Source: Gemmatimonadota bacterium (GTDB taxonomy: Bacteria > Gemmatimonadota > Gemmatimonadetes > Gemmatimonadales > Gemmatimonadaceae). From it: DNA of 64,000 bases. The position numbers and the translations under genes are program-made. This document shows, in pieces, positions 19,492-28,364 of the stretch. Position 1 is the first letter of the stretch, and the number at the start of each line of letters is the position of its first letter. The DNA lies in assembly GCA_040389905.1 (NCBI GenBank), contig JAZJZK010000014.1, positions 64,001-128,000 on the forward strand, in the 5' to 3' direction. The notes under the pieces were generated by a model that saw nothing but the letters and a program-made list of their open reading frames with translations, was not told the origin of the DNA and did no database searches.

Positions 19492-20013
19492 TCAGGCCTT
19501 CTTGTACGTCACCTTCGTTGTGGTGCCGGCGCCGCCATCGCGGCCGGGACGCGTGGACTCGACAACGAGGTTGCCAGCATCCAGCGACAGCGCCTGCGAT
19601 GTGGTGAACTTGTTGCCGTTGAATTCGGTCGTGGTCGTGATGACGAGCTTGGCCCCATCCCACGTGGCCTTGGAAATCACCTCAGCACCACCACGGCCGG
19701 CGTTCTTGCTGTCCGAACCGTCGAGGTTGTAGACGGACTTCATCTCGCCGGCCTGCGTTGTGCGCGTGATGGTGAGCGTCTTGTCGTCCTGCGCGGCCGA
19801 GAAGGCCATGCCGAACCCGCCGCCGCCGAAGCCGCCGCGACCGCCACCACCACCACCGCCACCGCCACCGCCACCGCCGCCGCCACCCGGAGGCGCTGCG
19901 TTCGGATCAACGACCATGGCCCAGCTGCCGGCGAAGTTCGCCTTCTGCGCCTGTACCGACGAGGCCGCCACGGCGAGCACGGCGACACTCATGATTGCTG
20001 CTTTCAGTCTCAT
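19492..20013 (-). CDS. Secreted beta-rich hypothetical protein with a poly-Gly loop
   Basis: Signal peptide (VQA|Q), NFAGSW, about 16 consecutive Gly, YNLDGS...ATWDG...VTYKK; GGAG RBS and its own terminator. Confidence 0.8.
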   Translation of the reverse strand: MRLKAAIMSVAVLAVAASSVQAQKANFAGSWAMVVDPNAAPPGGGGGGGGGGGGGGGGRGGFGGGGFGMAFSAAQDDKTLTITRTTQAGEMKSVYNLDGSDSKNAGRGGAEVISKATWDGAKLVITTTTEFNGNKFTTSQALSLDAGNLVVESTRPGRDGGAGTTTKVTYKKA

Positions 20014-20280
20014 TTCCAGTTCTCCAGGGAGTTGGTGGTGCGGGGAGGGATTGCCGGCGCGTGGGCTGCCTGCGGTGCTGCCTGTAGGAGTTTTGATGCG
20101 CCTATAATAGGGTTACACCAGAGACGGCGGAATAGTTGGTTGCACTGATTAATAGTTGTCCACTTTCCAGCACACCGCCGCTGTCCGGGGTCTGAACGTT
20201 CCTCATCGCGTACCCTACAGGCCACCCGGGGGTCCGCATTGGCATGCATGGGCTGTCAACTCCGGAGCGCATTCCTTGGT

Positions 20281-20391
20281 TGTCATCCCGAGCGAAGTCG
20301 AGGGATCTGCACCTTCCAGTCTGGGTTCGTGGTGCAGACCCTCGAGTCGCGTCGCCGGAGGTGCAGGCCCTTCGTTGCACTCAGGGCGACA
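20281..20391. repeat. Family 2 palindromic element (TGTCATCCCGAGCGAAGTCGAGGGATCT type)
   Basis: First 32 nt identical to 26655-26686; closes with CTCAGGGCGACA. Confidence 0.85.
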
Positions 20392-20397
20392 AAACAT

Positions 20398-21735
20398 TCA
20401 GGACGACGCCTGCGTCGAAGCTCCGCCCTCGCCGACGTCGTGTACGAACCAAACGCACCCCGCCGCCGCCAACAAACAGCAACCACCGATCATCACGAAG
20501 TATACGGGCGCATTCACGTTGCCTTCACCGAAAAGCGCCCTCGAGAGTGGCCCAAAGCCGAGCGACGCGACGATCTCCGGAATCACGATGAAGAAATTGA
20601 ACACGCCCATGTAGACGCCAATGCGTCCCGATGGCAGCGCGTTCGACAGGATGGCATACGGCATCGACAGGATCGACGCCCACGCGATACCCACACCCAC
20701 CATGGACAACAGCAACAGATACTTGTCGTGAATGAAGTAGACCGACAGCAAGCCCACCGCGCCGCAGGCGAGCGCCGAGGCATGGACCAGCTTGCGGCTT
20801 GTGCGCGCCGCAATCGCGGGCAATGCGAGCGCAACGAGGAAGCAGGTGATGGAATAGAAGGCGAAGGTGAATCCACCCCATTCGATGCCCTGCGTGTAGA
20901 GGTCCGACTGCGGATCAGTCGCGCCGAACACGTGCCGCGCAGTGGCAGGCACGAAGAAGAGCCACATGCAGAAGAGGCCCAGCCAGGTCAGGAGCTGCAC
21001 GACGCCAAGCTGGCGCATCGTCGCCGGCATATCGCGGATTGATTCGACGATCTCGGTAAATAGCGCGCCGAGTCCGGCGCGCCCTTTTTTCGCCCGCTCG
21101 AAGGCAGCCATGTCCTCCGGCGGAAACTCGCTCGTCGTCACGACAGTCCAGAGCACCGCGCAGAGAAACACCACCGCGCCAAATTGAAACGAGTACTTCA
21201 CCGTCAGCGGAATTCCGCTCGCCGTGCTTCCCTCTACGCCGAGCGAGCGCAACACCAGCGGCAACGCGTTGGCGAGGCTTGCCCCGATGCCAATGAACAG
21301 CGATTGCACGACGAAGCCGGTGGTGCGCTGCGAGATATCGAGCTTGTCCGCAACGAAGGCACGGAACGGTTCCATCGAGATGTTGATCGACGCATCCAGA
21401 ATCCACAGCAGGCTCGCCGCCATCCACAAGCTGCTCGACGTCGGCATGAAGAACAGCGCAATGGACGCGAGAACGGCCCCGGTGAGGAAGTACGGGCGAC
21501 GCCTGCCGAGGCGTCCCCACGTGCGATCGCTCAGCGCTCCGATGATCGGCTGAACGAGAAGGCCAGTCACGGGCGCCGCCAGCCACAACAGCGGCACTTG
21601 ATCCGGACGCGCGCCCAGTCGCTCGTACACCGCCGACATGTTGGCCAGCTGCAGCCCCCAGCCGAACTGAATCCCGAGGAATCCAAAGCTCATGTTGAAC
21701 AGCCCCGTGGGGCTGAGACGCGGACGCTGGCTCAT
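20398..21735 (-). CDS. MFS sugar transporter (maltose/sucrose GPH-like)
   Basis: NMSFGFLGIQFGWGLQ, SDRTWGRLGRRRPY, 12 TM; inside the alpha-glucan locus. Confidence 0.9.
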   Translation of the reverse strand: MSQRPRLSPTGLFNMSFGFLGIQFGWGLQLANMSAVYERLGARPDQVPLLWLAAPVTGLLVQPIIGALSDRTWGRLGRRRPYFLTGAVLASIALFFMPTSSSLWMAASLLWILDASINISMEPFRAFVADKLDISQRTTGFVVQSLFIGIGASLANALPLVLRSLGVEGSTASGIPLTVKYSFQFGAVVFLCAVLWTVVTTSEFPPEDMAAFERAKKGRAGLGALFTEIVESIRDMPATMRQLGVVQLLTWLGLFCMWLFFVPATARHVFGATDPQSDLYTQGIEWGGFTFAFYSITCFLVALALPAIAARTSRKLVHASALACGAVGLLSVYFIHDKYLLLLSMVGVGIAWASILSMPYAILSNALPSGRIGVYMGVFNFFIVIPEIVASLGFGPLSRALFGEGNVNAPVYFVMIGGCCLLAAAGCVWFVHDVGEGGASTQASS

Positions 21736-21866
21736 GGTGCTGTTTGACGGAAGAGTGAGTGAAATTCGCCGAGCGCGCCCGCTGCAATTCTACCGCAAGC
21801 GACGTCCGCAATTTGCATCGAGGAATGGTGATTGCCAGCCGCAGATGTCCGCGCTACGCTTGCGTC

Positions 21867-23474
21867 ATGCAACGACTCGCCGCACTCGCCCTGATGGCCC
21901 TTCCCGCTCTCGCCGCGACACAGCCTGCCGTGCCGTGGACCCGCGGTGCCACCTGCTATGAAGTCTTCGTTCGTTCGTTCTACGACAGCAATGGCGACGG
22001 CATCGGAGACTTGCAGGGACTGATCGAAAAGCTCGACTACATCAACGACGGCAACGCGAAGAGCACGCGTTCCCTCGGCGCGAAGTGCATCTGGCTGATG
22101 CCGATCGCCGAATCGCCCAGCTATCACGGATACGATGTCACCGACTATTACCGCGTCGAGCCGGACTACGGAAGCAACGAGGATTTCAAGCGCCTTGTTG
22201 CCGCGGCGCACAAACGTGGCATCAAGGTGCTGGTCGACATGGTGCTCAATCACGCGTCGAGCCAGCATCCCTTCTTTCAACAGGCGCTTCGCGACACCAC
22301 ATCGCCGTATCGCGCATGGTTCCGCTGGTCGCCGACGAAACCGGCCGAGCTCAATCCGTGGGGGCAAAGCAACTGGCACAAGTCGCCGCTGCGTGACGAG
22401 TGGTATTACGGCTTCTTCTGGGGTGGAATGCCGGACCTCAATTACACACATCCGCCCGTCGTCGCCGAGGCGAAGAAGGTCGCGCGCTTCTGGCTGAAAG
22501 AGATGGGTGTGGACGGCTTCCGGCTCGACGCCGTTCCCTATCTCATCGAAGAGCCGGGCGCCATCCATCATTCGCCGGCGACGCATGCGGTGTTGCGCGA
22601 CTACCAGTCGTACCTTCGTTCCGTGAAGCGAGATGTGTTCACCGTCGGCGAGGTGACCGACACCGGCAACGGCATTCTCGAGAGTTACTATCCCGACCAG
22701 CTCGACTCCTATTTCGCCTTCGCGCTTGCTGACAAGATCATCGAAGGCGTTCGCAAGGGAGACGCGCGCGGCCTGCTCGAGCCCGTCCTGAGGCTCCAAC
22801 GCATCGTACCGCGTGACCGACTCGCCCCATTCCTCCGCAATCACGACCAGACGAGAACGCGCACCGAGCTCGGTGGGGATGTCGCGAAATCGCGAGTTGC
22901 CGCACTGTTGATGCTGACGATGCCGGGTCTGCCGTTCGTGTACTACGGCGAGGAGATCGGGATGATCGGCAACAAGCCGGACGAACGACTGCGCACGCCA
23001 ATGCAATGGCGCAACGTGACCGGAGGTGGCTTCACGATTGCCAAGCCGTGGGAGCGTCTCCAGGATGATTCGTCGACGACCACCGTCGAGTCGCAGGACA
23101 AGGATTCGACGTCGCTGCTCAACCTGCACCGGCGGCTCATTCATCTGCGCTCCGCCACGCCGGCCCTTGCACGCGGTGTGCTCATTCCGCTGACGACGAG
23201 CAATGACGCCGTGACGGCGTACCTGCGACGCGAGGGAGATCATGTGGTCCTCGTCGTGGCGAATCTTTCGTCGGCGGCGCTCGACGGGATCACCGTGTCG
23301 TCCGGCGAGCGCGCACTGCCAGCCGGATCGTTCGTGCTACGCGATCTGCTAGGCGGAACGGACGCGGCCCGCGTGCGCATCGCGCGCGATGGCCGGGTGA
23401 GTGGTCTCATTCCGCTCCAGACGCTCGCACCCATGCAGGGTTATCTCTTCGAGTTGCGCACGAGCACGCGATAG
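21867..23474 (+). CDS. GH13 alpha-amylase family glycosidase, secreted
   Basis: Signal peptide; YEVFVRSFYDSNGDGIGD, DMVLNH, GFRLDAV, FLRNHD. Confidence 0.92.
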   Translation: MQRLAALALMALPALAATQPAVPWTRGATCYEVFVRSFYDSNGDGIGDLQGLIEKLDYINDGNAKSTRSLGAKCIWLMPIAESPSYHGYDVTDYYRVEPDYGSNEDFKRLVAAAHKRGIKVLVDMVLNHASSQHPFFQQALRDTTSPYRAWFRWSPTKPAELNPWGQSNWHKSPLRDEWYYGFFWGGMPDLNYTHPPVVAEAKKVARFWLKEMGVDGFRLDAVPYLIEEPGAIHHSPATHAVLRDYQSYLRSVKRDVFTVGEVTDTGNGILESYYPDQLDSYFAFALADKIIEGVRKGDARGLLEPVLRLQRIVPRDRLAPFLRNHDQTRTRTELGGDVAKSRVAALLMLTMPGLPFVYYGEEIGMIGNKPDERLRTPMQWRNVTGGGFTIAKPWERLQDDSSTTTVESQDKDSTSLLNLHRRLIHLRSATPALARGVLIPLTTSNDAVTAYLRREGDHVVLVVANLSSAALDGITVSSGERALPAGSFVLRDLLGGTDAARVRIARDGRVSGLIPLQTLAPMQGYLFELRTSTR

Positions 23475-24811
23475 CCGTGTGCAGGGATGTCGATCCGTCC
23501 GGCCGCACCGAGTGGCGTTGCGGACTTCGAAAACCAATCCGTATAGTCGCCTGACTGTGCGAAACCTTGATAGCTCATCACCGCCGGCGTGTCGCCGAAG
23601 TTGACGGCGACGACGACAGTGCTCGCACCTCGCGTGCGAACGAAGGCGTAGACGTGCTTGTCGCCATCGTTCTTCAGCGACGTCTGCGTCGCGCCTTCGA
23701 CTCCACTCAGCAACGCCGGTTGCGCGTGTTTGAGCTCGAAGATGCTGCGATAGAACGGCGTGAGCGACGTGTCGCGCCAGTCGACTGTGTCCTTCTCGAA
23801 GAAGCGTAGCCGCTTGCCGAGACTCGCTTCTTGCCCCGTGTAGATGAGCGGCATCGAGTTGCGAAGCGTGGCCGCGACCACGAATGCCGCCTGATGGTTC
23901 GCACCCATACGCTCGAATTCCGTTCCGTTCCAGCTGTTCTCGTCGTGATTGCTGGTGAAGGAGAGCCGGAGGTCCGTGGCGTGATAACCGCGCTTCTGCC
24001 GGTTGAGATAGGCGTCGATGTCCGACGTCGGCTTTTTCCCCTGCGCCACCTCGTTCAGCAGGTGATGAAATTCCCAGGCATACGACGCATCGAAGGCCTC
24101 GCCGAGCGCCGGTGATTCCGACTCGGCAAGCAGGAAGACTCCGGGTTTGGCCTTCACGAGTTCTTTCCGCGCGACGAGCCAGAAGTCCAACGGTACGCCC
24201 GTCGCGAAGTCACAGCGAAAGCCGTCGACCTTCATCACCTCGAGCCACCAGCGCATCTCGCCGATCATCGCACGCCGCAATTCGGGATTGTCGTAGTTCA
24301 ACTGTGCGACATCGGTCCAATCCGTTTCGCTGCCCGACTCGGTGATGGCGTTGGAGACGCTTCCATCCGCTTTGTGGACGTACCAGTCCGGATGCTGCGT
24401 GATCCACGGATGATCGAATGCGGTGTGATTCGGGACCCAATCGATGATCACGCGCAGTCCTTGCCGGTGCGCATCTGCGAGGAACGCCTGAAAATCCGCC
24501 CGCGTTCCGAACTCTGGATTGACGGCGCGGTAGTCGGCAATCGAGTAGTAGCTCCCGAGGCTACCCTTCCGGTTGAGCTTTCCGATGGGTTGGACGGGCA
24601 TGAGCCACAACACATCGACTCCGAGCTTCTTGAGCCGCGGCAGATGCTGGCGTAGCGCCGTGAACGTTCCTTCCGGTGTGAACTGTCGGACGTTCACCTC
24701 GTACATCACGGCGTTGTGTGACCATGCGGGCGCGACGCGTGCGAGTTGGGCAACGGCCGTCGCGGGCAGCAGCGCCAAGAGGAGGAACAGCGTACGCATT
24801 GTGCGTGGCAT
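23441..24811 (-). CDS. GH13 alpha-amylase family glycosidase, secreted
   Basis: Signal peptide (start 24811 or 24799); YEVNVRQFT, DWVPNH, GFRCDFA, SNHDEN. Confidence 0.9.
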   Translation of the reverse strand: MPRTMRTLFLLLALLPATAVAQLARVAPAWSHNAVMYEVNVRQFTPEGTFTALRQHLPRLKKLGVDVLWLMPVQPIGKLNRKGSLGSYYSIADYRAVNPEFGTRADFQAFLADAHRQGLRVIIDWVPNHTAFDHPWITQHPDWYVHKADGSVSNAITESGSETDWTDVAQLNYDNPELRRAMIGEMRWWLEVMKVDGFRCDFATGVPLDFWLVARKELVKAKPGVFLLAESESPALGEAFDASYAWEFHHLLNEVAQGKKPTSDIDAYLNRQKRGYHATDLRLSFTSNHDENSWNGTEFERMGANHQAAFVVAATLRNSMPLIYTGQEASLGKRLRFFEKDTVDWRDTSLTPFYRSIFELKHAQPALLSGVEGATQTSLKNDGDKHVYAFVRTRGASTVVVAVNFGDTPAVMSYQGFAQSGDYTDWFSKSATPLGAAGRIDIPAHGYRVLVRNSKR

Positions 24812-24908
24812 AAGGGACTCGTGGGAGTTGAACACTGATCTTTGATTTGGATGGTGGAGCAGAGTCATCCGGGTTCGTAACAGAAGCATTCGATCGGTGC
24901 CATTTTGA

Positions 24909-25011
24909 ACCGCAGAGGACGCAGAGGAGCAAAGGGACGCAGAGGAAAAGCTTGAATGGTGGTCGTCGTGCAGTCCTCTGCGAACCTCTGCTCCTCTGCG
25001 ACCTCTGCGGT
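24909..25011. repeat. Family 3 palindromic element (two inverted arms of GCAGAGG units)
   Basis: ACCGCAGAGGACGCAGAGGAGCAAAGGGACGCAGAGG ... CCTCTGCGAACCTCTGCTCCTCTGCGACCTCTGCGGT. Confidence 0.88.
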
Positions 25012-25079
25012 AAACTTGTCAAACCACTGTACGTCGCGCCTCCGCTTGCACAGCCCATGACAGTAGAAACGGTGGCGAG

Positions 25080-26660
25080 TCACAACTTCGTCGTCTGGTC
25101 GATTGCCACCGCGGTTCGTGCGGCCATGCTGAGCGCCACACGCCCGTCTGCCTCCACGACAAGCGTCGTCCCTACGCACACCGCACCAGACCGACCTCCG
25201 CTGATGCGATCGCAATAGCTCCCTGGCGGCAGCCCTGTTGCCACGGTTTGCGAGAGCACCGCACTCTCTCGATTGAGCGCCACGAATCCACGGTCACCGC
25301 GCGTGAACGCAATCGCGTTTCCGCCGTTGTCCCACCAGTGGTTGACGTCGGTCCCCGCAACGATCCGGCGGAAACCGACCATGCGAGCGATGGACGGATC
25401 TCTATGCTCACAGACCCACTGACCGATCGTGGCCGTTTCGAGGCTTGCCCCGCAGGTCACGTCGTTCGTATTCCCGGCGGCATCCGATGGTGGGCCCATC
25501 GAGTTTCCCGACGGATACGAAAACGCAAAGCTGCTCAGAATGCTGGGATAGCCATACGGTTGCGAAAGCATCCACACGTTGGCGAGCCTGAAGAGCGCAC
25601 CGTCGCGATAGCTGATGCCGCCCTGGTGCTGCGTGTCATGATTCTGGAGGAAGACCACGGCCTTGTCCGAAGGCATCAACCCCCAAGCGGCCGCCGAGAA
25701 CTGGCTCCCGGCTGGGCCCGTCGGATTGAGTTGCGAGATGTGCTCGCCGTTGGCGTTGAGGAACTTGTTACCCACGCCGACGAAGGTGAACTCGGTGATA
25801 TCGGCTGCTCCACCCGAACTGTAGGCCTCGCCGAAGTAGTCGCTCGTTTGCAGCGCTTCGCCGGATCCGCTACTGACCTCGAGAAAGTAGTACGGAATCG
25901 GCCGACCTTCCGACACGAGTGTCGTATTCACCACCCGAAAGATTTCGTCGAGGTCGACCTGCTGGATGTGTTTCGCGGCATCGATGCGAAAACCGGCAAC
26001 CCCGAGCCGCGCGAGCATTAGCAGATAGCCGGCGATTTTCTGGCGAACGGACACGAGTGACGTGTTCAAATCTGGCAACGAGAAGAGCTCGCAGTCCTGG
26101 ACGTTGGCGGCGCTGCCGTAGTTGTTCAACGCGCACGGCGTGTGGAAGTCAGCCAACGTATAGAGACCGGGATAGCTGTACTTCGTGTATGCGGTACCGT
26201 TGCTCCCAGTTCCCGGACTCGGCGAGTTCGTCATGTGATTGATCACCGCGTCGACGTAGATCCCGATGCCCACCGCCTTGCAGCGATTCACCATGTCGCT
26301 GAATTGCGCCGCTGTCCCCGACCGGCTCTTGTCGATGCTGTAGCTCACCGGTTGATAGCGTTCACTCCAGTCATGGCTTGGCGTGATGCTGTGCTCCTGG
26401 GGTGGCGATACCTGCACCGCCGCAAACCCCGCGGGCGCGAGCACCGTTTCGCATTCACGTGCGATGTCGGTCCACGTCCAGTCGAAGAGGTGCACGGCGA
26501 CGTCGCCGGCCGCCATGTGGCCGCTGGGGCGATACGTCTGTCCCAACGTCGGCCGCACGACGGGAGCCGGCTGTTCCGTGATGGCGCTGGGCAGGTCCGT
26601 GCCGCCGGCGCACGCGCCGATGAGAGCGAGCGCCAAGAGCCCGGCGGCCTGAATTGTCAT
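25080..26660 (-). CDS. GH13 alpha-amylase lipoprotein (actinobacterial/animal-like type); alternative start at 26780
   Basis: LIGAC lipobox; VHLFDW, VQVSPPQE, RYQPVSY, DAVINH, GFRIDAAKH, NHD, WVCEHR. Confidence 0.9.
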   Translation of the reverse strand: MTIQAAGLLALALIGACAGGTDLPSAITEQPAPVVRPTLGQTYRPSGHMAAGDVAVHLFDWTWTDIARECETVLAPAGFAAVQVSPPQEHSITPSHDWSERYQPVSYSIDKSRSGTAAQFSDMVNRCKAVGIGIYVDAVINHMTNSPSPGTGSNGTAYTKYSYPGLYTLADFHTPCALNNYGSAANVQDCELFSLPDLNTSLVSVRQKIAGYLLMLARLGVAGFRIDAAKHIQQVDLDEIFRVVNTTLVSEGRPIPYYFLEVSSGSGEALQTSDYFGEAYSSGGAADITEFTFVGVGNKFLNANGEHISQLNPTGPAGSQFSAAAWGLMPSDKAVVFLQNHDTQHQGGISYRDGALFRLANVWMLSQPYGYPSILSSFAFSYPSGNSMGPPSDAAGNTNDVTCGASLETATIGQWVCEHRDPSIARMVGFRRIVAGTDVNHWWDNGGNAIAFTRGDRGFVALNRESAVLSQTVATGLPPGSYCDRISGGRSGAVCVGTTLVVEADGRVALSMAARTAVAIDQTTKL

Positions 26661-26744
26661 CCCGAGCGAAGTCGAGGGATCTGCACTTACGGCCTGGTTG
26701 TGAGGTGCAGACCCCTCGACTCGCTTCGCTCGCTCGGGGTGACA
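26655..26744. repeat. Family 2 palindromic element overlapping the amylase start
   Basis: TGTCATCCCGAGCGAAGTCGAGGGATCTGCAC ... GTGCAGACCCCTCGACTCGCTTCGCTCGCTCGGGGTGACA; 90 bp. Confidence 0.9.
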
Positions 26745-26786
26745 GAATCCCGGGGTCGCTCGCTCGGGGCTACCGCGCATTCGATT

Positions 26787-28349
26787 TCAGTAGCCTGGAT
26801 TCTGCTTCAGCGTCGGATTCGCAGAGAGCTCGTTCGCCGGGATCGGATACAGGTCGCGGAACGCTTCCGTCACCTTACCCGCTGCAACGTTCCCTTTCCA
26901 CGTCCAGACACCCGCGCTCGAGAAGCTACCGAAGCGAATGAGATCCTGACGGCGGAAGCCTTCCCACAGGAGTTCCCTGCTCCGTTCATCGAGAATGAAT
27001 GGCAGCGTGAGCTGCGCATCCGTGATGTCCGCCGCCCCGTTCCGCCGACGAATCGCGTTCACGTAGTTGAGCGCCGTCGCGCGGCTGCCGCCGCCGCCAC
27101 GCAACACCGCCTCGGCGTAAATGAGATAGGCGTCGGCCAGACGGTACATCGGGTAGTCCGTGTCGGGGAACGTCAGGTTCGAGCCCACTTTCCCTGCGGA
27201 CGTGACGTTCCGGAACTTCAGCAGCGCGTAGCCATTGTTCGACGAGCCAATGCTCGCGATGGTCTTCGTGCGACCCGATGTCGCGATTTGCGACGCACGC
27301 TGGTCATCCGCCGCGAAGCGATCAACCGCTTCGGGCCGGAGGCGCAGACCGTACCAGCCACCGTCGATACCCGCCGTCGCCGGGTCCATGTTGTCGCCGA
27401 CCGACGCGTGAATCAGGTAGGTCGTTCCACCGTACGTACGCGTGCGGATCCCATCGAACGGCACCGAGAAGATCATCTCCGGCGATGCGTTGTTGTCCGC
27501 CGCGAACACTCGGCCGAAATTCGCGTCGAGTGACGAACCGGCCGCAATCGCCGCGGACGCTGACGCCAACGCATCGGTCGGACGATCGGTGCCCGACCAC
27601 ACCTTCGCGTTGAGATAGAGATGCGCGAGCGTCATGTCCACCGCCGCCTGGCTCGCGCGGCCGTAGTAGTTGCCCGAACTCGTCGCGGGCAGCGCCGAAC
27701 GAATGGCCTTCAGCTCGGTCTCGACAAAGGTGAAGACCTCTGTCCGTGTCGACTGCACCGGGAGCTTCGCGAGATCGAAGTTCTCGTCGACGATCGGGAC
27801 GTTGCCGAAGAGATCGACGGCGTGATAGTAGCTGAGCGCCCGGAGAAAGCGCGCTTCCGCCCGGAAGCCGGCGACCTGCGTGCTCAGTGCGGCGCTCGTG
27901 CCGCGCGTCGCGAGCTGCGCGTCCGTGGTCTGGCGCAGGAATTCGTTCGCAAGCGCAATCTGATAGAAGATGCGCGCATACATCGCCGTCGTGAACGGAT
28001 TGGATGCGGACCACGTCTGCGTGTTGAGCTCGGGCAACCCCGTGTCGCCCCATCCGATGATCGCCTCGTCGGTTGGCAACTCCTGGAGCTGCCAGTATCC
28101 GCGAACGTATTGCGAGAACCCCTCGTCGATACCGTTGATGTCGGGGTTGCCGGCGGGACCGTCCTGGCCCGTTACCGCAAGACCGGCGTACAGTTTGGCG
28201 AGGAACGCCTGATACGACGCCGGGTCACTGAAGATGTTTCCACTCGTGATCTGACTCTGCGGCTGCAGTGTGAGATCGCTGCACGAGGTGGCACCGAGGC
28301 TCAGGACCACCAACGCCAAGGCAAGCCACCTGGTCGACTTCGAATACAT
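26787..28349 (-). CDS. susD: SusD/RagB family glycan-binding lipoprotein
   Basis: ATSC lipobox; AEARFLRALSYY, YRLADAYLIYAEA, ERSRELLWEGFRRQDLIRF, LKQNPGY. Confidence 0.93.
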   Translation of the reverse strand: MYSKSTRWLALALVVLSLGATSCSDLTLQPQSQITSGNIFSDPASYQAFLAKLYAGLAVTGQDGPAGNPDINGIDEGFSQYVRGYWQLQELPTDEAIIGWGDTGLPELNTQTWSASNPFTTAMYARIFYQIALANEFLRQTTDAQLATRGTSAALSTQVAGFRAEARFLRALSYYHAVDLFGNVPIVDENFDLAKLPVQSTRTEVFTFVETELKAIRSALPATSSGNYYGRASQAAVDMTLAHLYLNAKVWSGTDRPTDALASASAAIAAGSSLDANFGRVFAADNNASPEMIFSVPFDGIRTRTYGGTTYLIHASVGDNMDPATAGIDGGWYGLRLRPEAVDRFAADDQRASQIATSGRTKTIASIGSSNNGYALLKFRNVTSAGKVGSNLTFPDTDYPMYRLADAYLIYAEAVLRGGGGSRATALNYVNAIRRRNGAADITDAQLTLPFILDERSRELLWEGFRRQDLIRFGSFSSAGVWTWKGNVAAGKVTEAFRDLYPIPANELSANPTLKQNPGY

Positions 28350-28364
28350 GAGACTCTCCTTCCG

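Noticed and set aside
24909..25011. Possible CRISPR array or microsatellite
   Set aside because: No unique spacers and no cas genes; it is an inverted pair of a dispersed arm.
21732..27533. Long opposite-strand ORFs (503 aa at 21732-23243, 463 aa at 26142-27533)
   Set aside because: Shadows of GH13 and SusD genes, expected with high-GC codon bias.
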